From: Bugula neritina
Lineage: Eukaryota; Animalia; Bryozoa
DNA: 64,000 bases
Direction of reading: 5' to 3'
NCBI GenBank assembly: GCA_964035545.1
Contig: OZ037772.1
Span: 13,266,818-13,330,817, forward strand
Shown piece by piece: positions 30,634 through 44,200 of this stretch. A model generated the notes under the pieces. That model searched no databases. It worked only from the letters and a program-made list of their open reading frames with translations, and was not told the origin of the DNA. The position numbers and the translations under genes are program-made. Each line of letters begins with the position of its first letter. The stretch's first letter is position 1.

Positions 30634-31920
30634 GAATATTACACTGCAATTTGCTGAACAAGTAAAACAATTGAAGTGTGAGATCTGTTTATAGGGATTT
30701 AGTACACTTTAAGGTATTATAATATAATATAATATAATATGAGAATTATACAATATAATATAACATAAGAATAATATAATATAACACAAGAATGATATAA
30801 TAGAACATAAGAATAATATAATATAACACAAGAATGATATAATAGAACATAAGAATAATATAATATAACATAAGAATAACACAATATGATAGTAATTTAC
30901 TATAAGTTGTCTGGCCTAGCATTGAGTTATGCCAAGTATTCATTATTCAATATACACAGTCATAGTTTTCTCCTCAATCATCTTCTGAATGACTTCCGTA
31001 GAATTAAGCTCCACTCAACCATTTTACAGCTTTTTGTCTTAACAATAAACTCTGAGATTCTTCTTACCAATAACTAGACCATTAGGTCATGTTTATGTTT
31101 CCATGGCAACACTCCATACACACTGGATTGATCTTAGTTGACCAGGATGGTATATAATCCTGTTATAAACCAGAGTTAAGGTATCAGCTATTGAATGGCT
31201 AACAAGGTCTCAACTCATTGAACTTGGTTGAAATCTAATAGGACATGGAATAGTTAATGGGAGGTGGAAGGCTTTCCTTATTATACTTCCAGCCCTTTTC
31301 ACCTTGAGGAATAATTAATATTTCATTTAATAAGAAGTTAGCTAGATCAACCTCTATGAACGCAAAATCTCAACAGGGGCAGGCAACTTCCTGTTGAATT
31401 ACTCAAGCAAGGAAAGCATTTCTAGGAAATAATTTATTATTTAAAGCTTCTTATAACTTAGTTATTCACCTCAACCCCTTGTCAGACTATTTATTAGTAG
31501 GCCTATGCAATGGATAGTAGTACAGTGTGTAGTACACAGTGAGTAGTATACAGTGAGTAGTACACAGTGAGTAGTATACAGTGAGTAGTACACAGTGAGT
31601 AGTATACAGTGAGTAGTACACAGTGAGTAGTACACAGTGAGTATATACAGTGAGTAGTACACAGTGAGTAGTATACAGTGAGTAGTACACAGTGAGTAGT
31701 ACACAGTGAGTAGTATACAGTGAGTATATACAGTGAGTAGTACACAAAGAGTATATTGAGTGGTACAGTAGTACTGAGACATATTATTTAGCATGCTGTG
31801 AGCACTTTTAGAGGAGGTGAAAGGAAGTGTAGGATTGAGATGTTAGGCTTTTTGCGGCTGAGTGAGGGTGCCAATGAGAATAAATTAGGAAGAGGTGACA
31901 ATGTCACAACCAGGATGCAG

Positions 31921-32500
31921 TCCCTCTTAGTAACCTCCAGATATGCTGCCCCTCTTAGTAACCTCCAGATATGCTGCCCCTCTTAGTAACCTCCAGATAT
32001 GCTGCCCCTCTTAGTAACCTCCAGATATGCAGCCCCTCTTAGTAACCTCCAGATATGCTGCCCCTCTTAGTAACCTCCAGATATGCTGCCCCTCTTAGTA
32101 ACCTCCAGATATGCTGCCCCTCTTAGTAACCTCCAGATATGCTGTCCCTCTTAGTAACCTCCAGATATGCTGCCCCTCTTAGTAACCTCCAGATATGCTG
32201 CCCCTCTTAGTAACCTTCAGATATGCTCTTAGTAACCTCCAGATATGCTGCCCCTCTTAGTAACCTCCAGATATGCTGCCCCTCTTAGTAACCTCCAGAT
32301 ATGCTGTCCCTCTTAGTAACCTCCAGATATGCTGCCCCTCTTAGTAACCTCCAGATATGCTCTTAGTAACCTCCAGATATGCTGCCCCTCTTAGTAACCT
32401 CCAGATATGCTGCCCCTCTTAGTAACCTCCAGATATGCTGCCCCTCTTAGTAACCTCCGGATAAGCAGCCCCTCTTAGTAACCTCCAGATATGCTGCCCT
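31921..32500. repeat. 28-bp minisatellite
   Basis: Unit CCCCTCTTAGTAACCTCCAGATATGCTG. Confidence 0.95.
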
Positions 32501-32992
32501 TCAGTTGCTCATAGTTAAGAATGCTCACCAGCCCAGCTGTGCCAGTAACATGAATCGCGAGGCAATGTACTTATAAAGCCTACCAATAGTATGTATATAT
32601 ATACACAAACCTGCATGCATACCAATACACTACTTATACCTACATATACTTATACCTACCTATACATATACATACCTATACATATACATACCTATACATA
32701 TACCTATACCTACCTATACATATACATACCTATACATATACCTGCCTATACATATACCTATACATACCTATACCTATACCGACATATATACATACCTATA
32801 CCTATGTATATTATTGTTTAGCCTAAAGAGCTGAGTCGTACCTCTCAACTCTCAGATTCAAGTCAGTCAAGATGCAGGTCTCCTCTGCTACTCTATACCA
32901 ACTAAAATTTGCTCTTTCCTTTTGCAGTCTACTGTTCACTAATTACAGGCTTTGCGTAACTGGGGCGTAGCATAATTTCATGTCTGTAACTT

Positions 32993-33002
32993 GCGCATGC
33001 GC
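32993..33002. promoter_or_regulatory. NRF1-type palindrome GCGCATGCGC in a locally CpG-richer patch (possible promoter)
   Basis: Exact NRF1 consensus; CpG-containing context and nearby splice donors on both strands. Target gene not determinable. Confidence 0.35.
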
Positions 33003-33303
33003 CATGACATCAGTCCCAGTATCTGTATACTTCCTTGTCTGTATATACGATACTGAAGCGCAGGTAATATACAGTCTCTCACAGGTCTATACTCTTACCT
33101 GCAGCTCACCGCACTCATCATGTTATACACTTGGAATTTATTTCTAGGTTTGTTTTTCTGAGCCAGTATTGACTGGTTTACTTAATTTGTTTTTAAATTT
33201 GTAGTAGTTTGTTTGTGAGACGAGGTTTGAGGTTTGTGGTGAACGTGTCAAATTCTGGTACGTCAACATTTATAAACTACTTGACGTACACTTGCATTGC
33301 TAA

Positions 33304-33604
33304 CCCCCTATTCACACTTACCGTATCGTACGCCGTAACAGCAAATATCAGCCATTTTTACAAATGTTTGAGCTTCCTGTACGGTGTTGCGGTACGGTAG
33401 GATCAAGCACTGCTTGATTCAAATAAGTTGCGGCGGACTCCTATTGGACAGAAAAACTTTTGCGTTAATTAATTGGATATAATTGTCCAATGAAGTGTCA
33501 TAGATTGTACCTAATAGCGGACTTTGAAAACTTCAGCCCGGACACATTAAAAATGGCTGATATTTGCTGTTACGGCGTACGATACGGTAAGTGTGAATAG
33601 GGGG
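33304..33604. mobile_element. 301-bp MITE, PIF/Harbinger (Tourist)-like
   Basis: ~57-bp perfect TIR CCCCCTATTCACACTTACCGTATCGTACGCCGTAACAGCAAATATCAGCCATTTTTA and its reverse complement; 3-bp TSD TAA on both sides. Confidence 0.85.
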
Positions 33605-34145
33605 TAAACCTGCAGCGTGTATAGGTCACATGGAAAGACAAAGTATATATACTGAGCTTTACTCACACATATATTATATACATACTTGTACAACATTCTT
33701 GTGTTCATATTATATGCACTGCCTCATATGCAATAAGAAATATTGCATGTACATTAATAAGCATCATTCAGCTAATAGTATTTTCATAAATAGTGATTAT
33801 ATTAAAATGAAATTCTATGTTATTGATGCCTTAGTTTACATAACGGTTCACAACTTGCACATGCAATATGTCATGCAAACATGTTAATTAATAATGTATG
33901 AATTTGTGGAATGACCTCAGCTGATGAAAGGTGTTAACTAAAGAATGTTAACTTCTGAAGTTGCTTCAACCGCAAAAAATTGAAGCCTCATTGTTTTTAA
34001 GAAAACTTAATGCTTTGAATTTATTAAAGCAAACAAATTAAATTTTAAGAATTTAGTGTATAACTACTTGGCAGTGTTTGTTGATTCAGAATCAATACTT
34101 GGGTTGTGTTTTCTCATAGAGTAGATGTTTGATGTGCTGCCTGTG

Positions 34146-37100
34146 TCAAATTCCATGAACTTCTACTTCATACAGGTTTAAGGCTGTCACACCACGCAAC
34201 AGCAGTTGAACAAACTGACCCCTGATTGGCTGTTCACATTGTATGCTGGTGTTGTATTGGTTAAGAGAGCCGTGGAAGTAGGCACACAGAACTTCTCTGT
34301 TGGATCCAGTGAACTCCAAACTCTCTTCAGACAATGCTGCCGTCACTTCCATGTCTTTTGTCCTCCTCCACAGGCTGTCATCATAATCTGTAATTCACCT
34401 TCCTAATTATATTATACTGACTATATTATTAGTATACAACCTAACTGACTATATTATTAGTATACAACCTAACTGACTATATTATTAGTACACAACCTTA
34501 CTGGCTATATTATTAGTGTATTATATATTTTATTATATGGTATATTATATTTACCAGCAAGACACCTGTTGAGCACTGTCACACCTAGGATACAGTAGAC
34601 ATGCTCCAAGTCCACTCTCCACCAGGGTCTATCCTCTGCATTGGTGTGTGCCATGGAGAAACCGTCATGTGGAGGCATATATATGCCATCATTAGCATTT
34701 GATGCAGCAAATAATGCATCAAACGTGGAGGATTGTCTTGATGGTTTATCTAGTGGCAACAAGACAGTATATTTACATGTATATAATACAGAGTATTTGC
34801 CCCTGGTTATATATCACAGTGTGTTTACTCCTGGTTATATATCACAGTGTATTTACCCCTGGTTATATATTACAGTGTATCCACCCCTGGTTATATATCA
34901 CAGTGTATCCACCCCTGGTTATATATCACAGTGTAGCCACCCCTGGTTATATATTACAGTGTATTTACCCCTGGTTATATATCACAGTGTATCCACCCCT
35001 GGTTATATATTACAGTGTGTTTACTCCTGGTTATATATTACAGTGTAGCCACCCCTGGTTATATATTACAGTGTATCCACCCCTGGTTATATATCACAGT
35101 GTAGCCACCCCTGGTTATATATTACAGTGTATTTACCCCTGGTTATATATCACAGTGTATCCACCCCTGGTTATATATTACAGTGTATCCACCCCTGGTT
35201 ATATATCACACTGCATTTACCCCTAGTTATATATTACAGTGTATCCACCCCTGGTTATATATTACAGTGTATTTACCCCTGGTTATATATCACAGTGTAT
35301 CCACCCCTGGTTATATATCACAGTGTATCCACCCCTGGTTATATATCACAGTGTATTTACTCCTGGTTATATATTACAGTGTATCCACCCCTGGTTATAT
35401 ATTACAGTGTATTTACCCCTGGTTATATATTACAGTGTATCCACCCCTGGTTATATATTACAGTGTATATACTCCTGGTTATATAATACAGTGTATTTAC
35501 TCCTGGTTATATATTACAGTGTATCCACCTCTGGTTATATATTACAGTGTATTCACCCCTGGTTATATATTACAGTGTATCCACCCCTGGTTATATATTC
35601 ACTTGAAATGTATTCTCACCTTTAGCCAGGAGGGTGTTTACAGAGATGGAACTCTTGAAGTAATGCTTTGACAGGTCGGAGTTGTGGTCACTTGAGACTT
35701 TAGGGTTCTGGCACTGTGACGTAATGCAAGTGTCAGATTGTAGATTAGCCACAAACCACAGACATGTACTATTTCTTGCACATGTTATGGCACACTGACT
35801 CAGGGAGTGTAGAGTGAGCTCTCCGTTGGGTAAGTTTACCTTGTTGTCATGGTTACTAAGTGTAAACATCTCCTGGTGGTGTAAGGATACCACGGCGGAT
35901 ACCAGCAGTTGAACCAGAAAAGTTGCTGAATCAACAGCAGAACAATGGCATAGCATAGTGTAATATATAGCATAGTGTAATATAGTGTAGTGTAATATAG
36001 TATAGTATAATATAGTATAGTGTAATATAGCATAGTGTAATATAGTATAGTGTAGTGTAATATAGCATAGTGTAATATAGTGTAGTGTAATATAGCATAG
36101 TGTAATATAGCATAGTGTAATATAGCATAGTGTAATATAGTGTAGTGTAATATAGTGTAGTGTAATATAGCATAGTATAATATAGTATAGTGTAATATAG
36201 CATAGTGTAATATAGCATAGTGTAATATAGCATAGTGTAATATAGTGTAGTGTAATATAGCATAGTATAATATAGTGTAGTGTAATATAGCATAGTATAA
36301 TATAGTATAGTGTAATATAGCATAGTATAATATAGTATAGTGTAATATAGTGTAGTGTAATATAGTGTAGTGTAATATAGTGTAGTGTAATATAGTGTAG
36401 TGTAATATAGTGTAGTATAATATAGTATAATATAATATAGTGTAGTGTAATATAGTGTAGTGTAATATAGTGTAGTGTAATATAGTGTAGTATAATATAG
36501 TATAATATAATATAGTGTAGTGTAATATAGTGTAGTGTAATATAGTGTAGTATAATATAGTATAATATAATATAGTGTAGTATAATATAGTATAGTGTAA
36601 TATAGTATAGTGTAATATAGTATAGTGTAATATAGTATAGTGTAATATAGCATAGTGTAATATAGTGTAGTGTATTATAGTGTAGTGTAATATAGTGTAG
36701 TGTAATATAGCATAGTATAATATAGTATAGTGTAATATAGCATAGTGTAATATAGTGTAGTGTAATATAGTGTAGTGTAATATAGTGTAGTGTAATATAG
36801 TGTAGTGTAATATAGTGTAGTATAATATAGTATAATATAATATAGTGTAGTGTAATATAGTATAGTGTAATATAGTATAGTGTAATATAGTATAGTGTAA
36901 TATAGCATAGTGTAATATAGTGTAGTGTATTATAGTGTAGTGTAATATAGTGTAGTGTAATATAGCATAGTATAATATAGTATAGTGTAATATAGCATAG
37001 TGTAATATAGTATAGTGTAATATAGTGTAATTTAGTGTAATATAGTGTAGTGTAATATAGTGTAATATAGTATAGTGTAATATAGTGTAATTTAGTGTAA

Positions 37101-37212
37101 TATAGTGTAGTGTAATATAGTGTAATATAGTATAGTGTAATATAGTGTAATTTAGTGTAATATAGTGTAGTGTATTATAGTTTAGTGTGTTTGAAAACTT
37201 ACGGTAGGGCAT
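34146..37212 (-). CDS. Secreted protein with PAN/Apple-like Cys module and F-type lectin (fucolectin) domain, ~250 aa
   Basis: Exons 37212-37203, 35925-35620, 34749-34555, 34387-34146 (753 nt in frame). Signal-like MPYPTFLVQLLVSAVVSL; SQCAITCARNSTCLWF..C (PAN-like); LLAKDKPSRQSST..ASNANDG..AHT..PWWRVDL..VTVLNR..C..C..GQFVQL..LNLYEVEV (FTLD hallmarks). The 10-nt first exon is the least certain part. Confidence 0.85.
34787..35598. repeat. 28-bp intronic minisatellite (lectin gene)
   Basis: Unit CCCCTGGTTATATATTACAGTGTATCCA. Confidence 0.95.
35950..37180. repeat. 15-bp intronic minisatellite (lectin gene intron 1)
   Basis: Unit TATAG(TG/CA/TA)TAGTGTAA. Confidence 0.95.
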
Positions 37213-37459
37213 CGTATGAGTCTCAGTGTATACTGTGTTACACTGTAGAATTCTATAGTGTAGTGTATGTAGTATACTGTAGTGTGGTATAGTGTGCTGT
37301 AGTACAGTGTTTAGTGCGGTGTAGTGTAGCTAGTGTTTCACTTATATGGTGTCTCAGCTCAATTTAATGTTATTGATTTGACAAACATGAGTTTTGCTAT
37401 TGGCTTGTGATGCTAATATGAACAACTAAAATTAGCAACATTATGACTATTATATATTG

Positions 37460-38138
37460 ACAGAGTTGTGATACTACTATACAGAGTTATGATAATATTA
37501 TACAGAGTTATGATAATACTATACAGAGTTATGATAATATTATACAGAGTTATGATAATACTATACAGAGTTATGATAATATTATACAGAGTTATGATAA
37601 TATTATACAGAGTTATGATAATACTATACAGAGTTATGATAATACTATACAGAGTTATGATAATACTATACAGAGTTATGATACTATTATACAGAGTTAT
37701 GATAATATTATACAGAGTTATGATAATACTATACAGAGTTATGATAATATTATACAGAGTTATGATAATACTATACAGAGTTATGATAATACTATACAGA
37801 GTTATGATAATACTATACAGAGTTATGATGATACTATACAGAGTTATGATAATATTATACAGAGTTATGATAATACTATACAGAGTTATGATAATACTAT
37901 ACAGAGTTATGATGATACTATACAGAGTTATGATACTACTATACAGAGTTATGATACTATTATACAGAGTTATGATACTATTATACAGAGTTATGATAAT
38001 ACTATACAGAGTTATGATAATACTATACAGAGTTATGATAATACTATACAGAGTTATGATAATACTATACAGAGTTATGATACTATTATACAGAGTTATG
38101 ATACTATTATACAGAGTTATGATAATATTATACAGAGA
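37460..38138. repeat. 21-bp minisatellite between two divergent genes
   Basis: Unit TACAGAGTTATGATAATACTA. Confidence 0.95.
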
Positions 38139-38274
38139 TGTAATAACAATCAATAACGTCATGCTATAACGTAGCCTCATGCACAGAGTTATCTTCATAT
38201 CACACTAGGAGATGAATGTTAGTTTGTACAGGAAGTAAGGGTGTTCTGAGAAATGATTTCATCTGCAAGTAGAA

Positions 38275-41200
38275 ATGTCTGTCAGCCAGAAAGTGGATGA
38301 CCATTCTTATGAAGTTTTAAGGTTTTCTGATAACAAAGTATCATCTGAGAGAAATTTCACTCAATCAATTCTCAACTCTGTTAGAAGATTAACTCAGTCA
38401 GTAAGACAATCTTTCAACGAGGCCTACAGTAGGGGCTGCAGTGGAGCCTACAGCAGGGGCTGCAGTGAGGCCTACAACAGGAGCTGTAAGTGCAGGGAGG
38501 CTTACAACGAGGTTGGCGACGAAGTCTACAGCAAGCTCTGTAAGTGCCAGGAGGACTGCAAGTCTCAAGAGGTCGACAGCGAGGTCGGCAGTGAGGTCAA
38601 CAGCGAGGTTGGCAGCAAGGTCGACAGCGATATTTGTAAGTGCCAGGAGAGCTGCAAGTGTAACAAAGTTGACAACGAGGCTTGTCAGTGCGAAGAGGCC
38701 TACAGCAAGGTTTACAGCCAAGGCTGTAGTCAAGGCTGTCACAAGCTATACAGCAAGGCCTATAACGAGGTCTACAGCAAGGCATACAACGAGGTCTACA
38801 GCAAGGCATACAAGTACAGTGAGATCTACACTGAGGCCTGTAAAAGCGGCTGCAGTCGGGCATACAACAAGGTTTTCAACAAAGTCTTTAACGCACCATC
38901 TCCTCCTCACCAGTCCGACAGAGAGAGTGATGCATCCCATGCTTCCTCTGAAACATATGTGCTGACATTCTCTACCAAACAGAAATCCTTTGCAACTATA
39001 TTTGTGGTGGTTATGATATTCTTCATTATCCTAGTCGCTACTCTATTCACATCTCCCAGGTTGGCTGGAGCAACAGTTACCACTCCACCCATCACTCGTC
39101 TAGATTCAACAACGTCACTCTCACTTCCAGGTCAATAACTCAACCGCGACTCAACTCTCGTTCCTTAGTTTCAAATTTAACAAGTTTATATTATAAATAA
39201 TGTCATTGATTCATTGGAATACCATGCCCCATGCATGATGTCTATTGTGGCATGAGATTATTGTAATGTAATCGTAATGTCGATGTTAATGTAGATATTA
39301 TTGTTATATAATAACAATAACAATAACATCTACATATATAACAATAACATCTATAACAATAACATCTACATATTATGTAGATGTTATTGTTATAGATGTT
39401 ATTGTTATATATGTAGATGTTATTGTTATTGTTATAGATGTGCATGTAAATATTGTTATAGATGAAGATGTTGTTTTTATAGATGTAGATAAATTTAAAC
39501 TAGAAATCCCGCTTACTAGGGTTTCACACCCCAGTGATCGCTATCACCCAAAAGCTTTTATCCAGAAGGGTCCAATCAAAGGGTCTGGTTTAGGAATGTA
39601 CTTAGCCAATGGCACAGAAGTTTACATTGTGACCGATGACACGCCCCCTAGTTACCAGCATCTCACAGGTTACTATGGCATTCTAAACGTATTCTATTAT
39701 ATATATTATATATATGCTATACCGCATAGGCATGTAGTAGGCTATATATATATATACATATATATAGGCATGTAGTAGGCTATATATATATATACATACA
39801 TAGGCATGTAGTAGGCTATATATATATATATACATACACAGGCATGTAGTAGGCTATATATATACATACATAGGCATGTAGTAGGCTATATATATATATA
39901 TATATACGCATGTAGTAGGCTATATATATACATACATAGGCATGTAGTAGGCTATATATATATATATATATATACGCATGTAGTAGGCTATATATATACA
40001 TACATACGCATGTAGTAGGCTATATATATACATACATACGCATGTAGTAGGCTATATATATACATACATACGCATGTAGTAGGCTATATATATACATACA
40101 TACGCATGTAGTAGGCTATATATATACATACATACGCATGTAGTAGGCAGCACATATATTCATCAGGTCTAAAGGAACCAGGCTGGGTGAATGATGGTAA
40201 AAACTCTAAATTCTCACTGATATCTGGAATGGCAGTAAAACACGACGGCTCTGAGCTGTATATTAGTGACACTCACAATGACGCAATACGCTTGTATATC
40301 GTAGAGTATTACAAGATGATAGACCTAGCTGCAGGCCATTATGACAGCGCACGTATGTATTACTATAATAGTGTTATGTGAAACTACTATAATGTATATT
40401 ATAATATGTATGTCATATCTAGCATAACAATACATTACTATTATGTATATCACGTATTACTATTATGTATATCATGTATTACTACTATGTATAACACGTA
40501 TTACTATATACTATGTATATGATGTATTACTACTATGTATATCATGTATTACTATTATGTATATCACGTATTACTACTATGTATATCACGTATTACTACT
40601 ATGTATATCACGTATTACTACTATGTATATCACGTATTACTAGCCGGGTACCAATTCTATGTGCCAGAGTTGCTAAACCCATCACAGCTTGAGTTATACG
40701 ACACGTCACTGTATGTGGTGACAGATAATATTGGTGTGGGTCAGAGTGTCCTGCAGCTGAACATCTACACAGGCTCGTGAGTTCAGTATTATAATGTATA
40801 ACTATAGTAATATACTGTATAACTATAGTAATATACTGTATAACTATAGTATTATTATACTGTATAACTATAGTATTATACTGTATAACTATAGTAATAT
40901 ACTGTATAACTATAGTAATATACTGTATAACTATAGTATTATACTGTATAACTATAGTAATATACTGTATAACTATAGTAATATACTGTATAACTATAGT
41001 AGTATTATACTGTATAACTATAGTATTATTATACTGTATAACTATAGTATTATTATACTGTATAACTATAATATTATACTGTATAACTATAGTATTATAC
41101 TGTATAACTATAGTAATGTACTGTATAACTATAGTAATATTATACTGTATAACTATAGTATTATACTGTATAACTATAGTATTATACTGTATAACTATAG

Positions 41201-44200
41201 TAATATTATACTGTATAACTATAGTATTATTATACTGTATAACTATAATATTATACTGTATAACTATAGTATTATACTGTATAACTATAGTAATGTACTG
41301 TATAACTATAGTAATATTATACTGTATAACTATAGTATTATACTGTATAACTATAGTATTATACTGTATAACTATAGTAGTATTATACTGTATAACTATA
41401 GTATTATTATACTGTATAACTATAGTAATATTATACTGTGTAACTATAGTAATATTATACTGTGTAACTATAGTATTATACTGTATAACTATAGTATTAT
41501 ACTGTATAACTATAGTAATGTACTGTATAACTATAGTAATATTATACTGTATAACTATAGTATTATACTGTATAACTATAGTATTATTATACTGTATAAC
41601 TATAGTATTATTATACTGTATAACTATAGTAGTAATATACTGTATAACTATAGTATTATTATACTGTATAACTATAGTAGTATTATACTGTATAACTATA
41701 GTAATATACTTTATAACTAGTGACATATTTCAGCACAAATAAACTACCAAGAATTCCCATGGCCACCCCAGGACTCCCAATTGGTGGAATGACCCTGAGA
41801 GAGTTTAGACTGTACACGTGTGTTGGTAAAGAGGTGTGGGCCCTGGACACTATACTAGTAGACTCCTCCTACCACAGGGCTTCAGACAGTGAGAGTCTGG
41901 AACTATCTGCTGTCTGGGAGAAGATGGTGTCACCAGATGGAACCGGACTCATTGTCTCTCAGCATATCAGTGAATGTGTGGGACTTGAGACCTCTCCCCA
42001 GTACAAGTGAGTTGTGTGCTGTAGTGTGTGCTGTAGTGTATACTGTAGTTTATACTGTAGTGTGTACTGTAGTGTATACTGTGGTTTATAATGTAGTGTG
42101 TACTGTAGTGTGTGCTGTAGTGTGTACTGTAGTGTATACTGTAGTGTATACTGTAGTGTGTACTGTAGTGTGTGCTGTAGTGTGTACTGTAGTGTATACT
42201 GTAGTGTGTACTGTAGTGTGTACTGTAGTGTGTACTGTAGTTTGTACTGTAGTGTATACTGTAGTGTGTACTGTAGTGTATACTGTGGTGTGTACTGTAG
42301 TGTGTACTGTAGTGTGTACTGTAGTGTGTACTGTAGTGTGTACTGTAGTTTGTACTGTAGTGTGTACTGTAGTTTGTACTGTAGTGTATACTGTAGTGTG
42401 TACTGTGGTTTATAATGTAGTGTGTACTGTAGTGTATACTGTAATATGTACTGTAGTGTGTACTGTATTATATACTGTAGTTTGTACTGTAGTGTGTACT
42501 GTAATATGTACTGTAGTGTGTACTGTATTATATACTGTAGTTTGTACTGTAGTGTGTACTGTAGTGTGTACTGTAGTGTGTACTGTAATATGTACTGTAG
42601 TGTGTACTGTAGTGTGTACTGTAATATGTACTGTAGTGTGTACTGTAGTGTGTACTGTAGTATATACTGTAATATGTACTGTAGTGTATACTGTAGTGTG
42701 TACTGTAGTGTGTACTGTGGTTTATAATGTAGTGTGTACTATGGTATATACTGTAGTGTGTACTGTAGTATGTACTGTAGTATATACTGTAGTGTGTACT
42801 GTAGTGTGTACTGTAGTATATATTGTAGTATTTACTGTAGTGTGTACTATGGTATATATGAAAATTATGTGTTTTAGACTGCTGTACGTAGTAAACAGGG
42901 CAACTTCCAAAAAGGAAACAGATTCCATTGTAGTCTACAATCTTTCAAGTGATTCCCCTCAAATAGCGGACACTCTGTACAACTCCGCTGTTTCTAGGAT
43001 AAAGGGTTTAGGAGTGAGGGCTACTGGGAGTAGAGCTATTCTTCTCTCATCTACTTCGTTGTATGCTGCTAAATTCAACCATGAAGGTGATGTTATAGTA
43101 CATAGCACATATAACTTAGCACATATAACCTAGCACATATAACCTACCACATTCTAAAGCTCATATGACATAGCCTAAGCGTATATGACATAGCCTGTGT
43201 AACATATTTTATAGAAGATCCGTATAGGAAGGTGTGCGCATACTGTAGTCAGTCACCCCCAGGCAGTGCTTACTTCCGATATGCCACAACTATCATCAGA
43301 TCTGAGTGGATCTACCAAACCCAAATGGACTGCTATAAACATCCAAATCAGCTCCAGTCTAGCTTCACTCAGAATCGACAAATTGAAGGACAAATAAAAT
43401 ATTTCAACTGCTGTAATTTCTTACCACTAATTTAATCCTACTCTTTTTACTACTACTAACTGAATACTACTACTACTAACTGAATACTACTAATAACTGA
43501 ATACTACTACTAACTGAATACTACTACTACTAACTGAATACTACTAATAACTGAATACTACTACTAATAACTGAATACTACTACTAATAACTGAATACTA
43601 CTACTAACTGAATACTACTACTAACTGAATACTACTAATAACTGAATACTACTACTAACTGAATACTACTCTTCCTGTTATAGCTGATGACAAGTTATTT
43701 TGGGATGGAGATATCACATGGTACAACTTCATTCCCTACATCTGCTCCATAGACTCCCCTCTGAAGGAGAGAATCAGGCTGTGGTCATGTGAGACGTTTG
43801 TTTGCACTCTCATGACCTCAGGTCAAGCTGCCAGACCCTGTCTCAACGGAGGAATTTGTACTTACCAAGGATGGGTCAGCTCAGTTCATCTACATACAAT
43901 ATGCTATGCTGTCTGACACTTAATACAATATACTATCCTGTCTGACACTTAATACAATATGCTATCCTGTCTGACACTTAATACAATATACTATCCTGTC
44001 TGACACTTAATACAATATGCTATCCTGTCTGACACTTAATATACAATATGCTATTCTGTCTGACACTTAATACAATATACTATGCTGTCTGACACTTAAT
44101 ACAATATACTATCCTGTCTGACACTTAATACAATATATTATGCTGTCTGACACTTAATATAATATATTATGCTGTCTGACACTTAATACAATATATTATG

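Noticed and set aside
35836-37212. 458-aa ORF and the other Y/T/I/L/H-rich ORFs (20198-20948, 27416-28369, 37413-38198, 40608-41742, 44587-45537)
   Set aside because: Minisatellite translations; only the first 10 nt of the 37212 ORF are used, as a putative lectin exon 1.
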